64,000 nucleotides of DNA, taken from positions 53,012,001 to 53,076,000 of the forward strand of contig NC_045697.1 in NCBI RefSeq assembly GCF_009834535.1, in the 5' to 3' direction. How positions within the stretch are numbered: position 1 is the first letter of the stretch; every line of letters starts with the position of its first letter. The notes beneath the pieces were generated by a model. It was not told the DNA's origin and ran no database searches. It saw only the letters and a list, made by a program, of their open reading frames with translations. Below, in pieces: positions 62,940-64,000 of the stretch. Origin of the DNA: Camelus ferus (lineage: Eukaryota). Both the position numbers and the translations under genes were made by a program.

Positions 62940-63659
62940 CTAGTTCTTTGTTGCAATATTAAAAATTTGCTCCCACAGCTTACTAAGAGTTAAGAAGAAT
63001 TCAGAAAATGTTTTTTTAACAGCAGATGAAGTTGTATCTTCAGCAGTAGTAATTTTATTAGGATCTAGAGCAGTAGTTTGGGTTGTGGGTGCAGCTGTAG
63101 TTTTGGGAATTTCAGGTGTGACTGTGGTTGGGGAAGGAGTAGGTGTGGTGTTTGGGGCAGCTGTGGTCTCCTCTGGAACTGGGGCGATTGGTGTAGTTGG
63201 GGAAGCTGTAGGTGGGACAGCTGTGTCTTCTGGTGAAGCTGGGGAATGTGGTGTTGCTACAGCTGCAGAAGAGCCTGTAGGGCTGTTATCGTCTCTTGCA
63301 AATGTGGTGGGAGTCTTCTGAGCAGGAGAGGTCACACTTGAAGGGGGACTAATTTTGGTAGGTAGGGGAGTCACAGGTGGGATTTGGGTAGTAGCCTCTG
63401 AGGTATTATTGTTGACCACAGTGTTGTTTTTAATGGGAGAGTTGGGTGGCAAGGAAGGTTTTGGCCTTGTGGGGTTTCTCCCTCTTGGCTTTCGAATCTT
63501 TCGGCGTCTGGATTGACTAAAAGGGGACTGCTTTTGAATGAATGGATTCCAGTAAGGTGGTAATTTGGGATAAAATGGCAATCCATGGTCTACTATATAC
63601 AGACGGAGATTATTCTTTTTGTGAAGTATTTCTCGTTGCTGTTTTTGACCTTCACTGAG
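62940..63659 (-). CDS. MUC7: Mucin-7 (salivary mucin), last coding exon, 239 aa; signal-peptide exon lies outside the window
   Basis: ttttcttttctacag|CTC AGT GAA GGT (LSEG; human exon begins FSEG). Cationic N-terminal part, then ATTQIPPVT, TTAAP-type PTS repeats and an amphipathic C-terminus SEFFLTLSKLWEQIFNIATKN*. Syntenic with AMTN. Confidence 0.93.
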   Translation of the reverse strand, partial: LSEGQKQQREILHKKNNLRLYIVDHGLPFYPKLPPYWNPFIQKQSPFSQSRRRKIRKPRGRNPTRPKPSLPPNSPIKNNTVVNNNTSEATTQIPPVTPLPTKISPPSSVTSPAQKTPTTFARDDNSPTGSSAAVATPHSPASPEDTAVPPTASPTTPIAPVPEETTAAPNTTPTPSPTTVTPEIPKTTAAPTTQTTALDPNKITTAEDTTSSAVKKTFSEFFLTLSKLWEQIFNIATKN

Positions 63660-64000
63660 CTGTAGAAAAGAAAAAGTACAGGAGCTGAAAACATCCATTT
63701 ATTTATTAACTATGGGATTATTGCTGAGTGTGAAATGAGCAGTATTTGTGGAATTTTGGGATTGGAAACAAGATTTTAGTGGATTGAGTGGTTATCCTTC
63801 CAATTTCACCAAATCTGAATAATGACTTGCTATTAGAGTTTCATTTTATCAAATAGTTAATCTCCTGGTTAGCTAGGATGAATGTACTCCTGTGGGCTCA
63901 AGCCTGGAAGATCAGCTAGGTCTGCCCTTTTGTGCTTGCAGTTTCTCACTTTTTCTTCTGGTAGAAAATGGTCAAGTTACTGCCTGAGGCTTGAGTAAAA

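Noticed and set aside
63085..63586. Antisense and alternative-frame ORFs over MUC7
   Set aside because: By-products of PTS codon bias.
63660..63698. N-terminal MDVFSSCTFSFLQ of the 252-aa ORF
   Set aside because: Intronic polypyrimidine tract; the real exon starts at 63659.

Overview
AT-rich, repeat-rich mammalian genomic DNA. L1 3' ends and the absence of obvious ruminant or pig SINEs suggest an artiodactyl, possibly a camelid (inference only). The window lies in the P/Q-rich SCPP (enamel/saliva) gene cluster. On the minus strand it holds an intact amelotin gene (AMTN; 9 exons, 8 coding, 630-nt CDS, 209 aa, ~23710-37345) and the large last coding exon plus 3'UTR of MUC7 (61850-63659; upstream exons lie beyond the window). 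The main finding lies between them: the decayed remains of an apparent third, MUC7-architecture secreted-protein gene. It has a signal-peptide-like exon at 49541-49592 and a ~1.8-kb terminal exon at 41239-43086 with degenerate 45/90-bp (15/30-codon) repeats, a Thr/Ser/Pro-rich tract and AATAAA. It carries stops, frameshifts, a lost ATG and acceptor, and two solo LTRs in its putative introns. The rest is L1 (many with visible target-site duplications, one with a probable 3' transduction), L2, MIR, hAT/MER elements, microsatellites and several CTCF-like motifs. Repeat family names are from recall, not from a database search.
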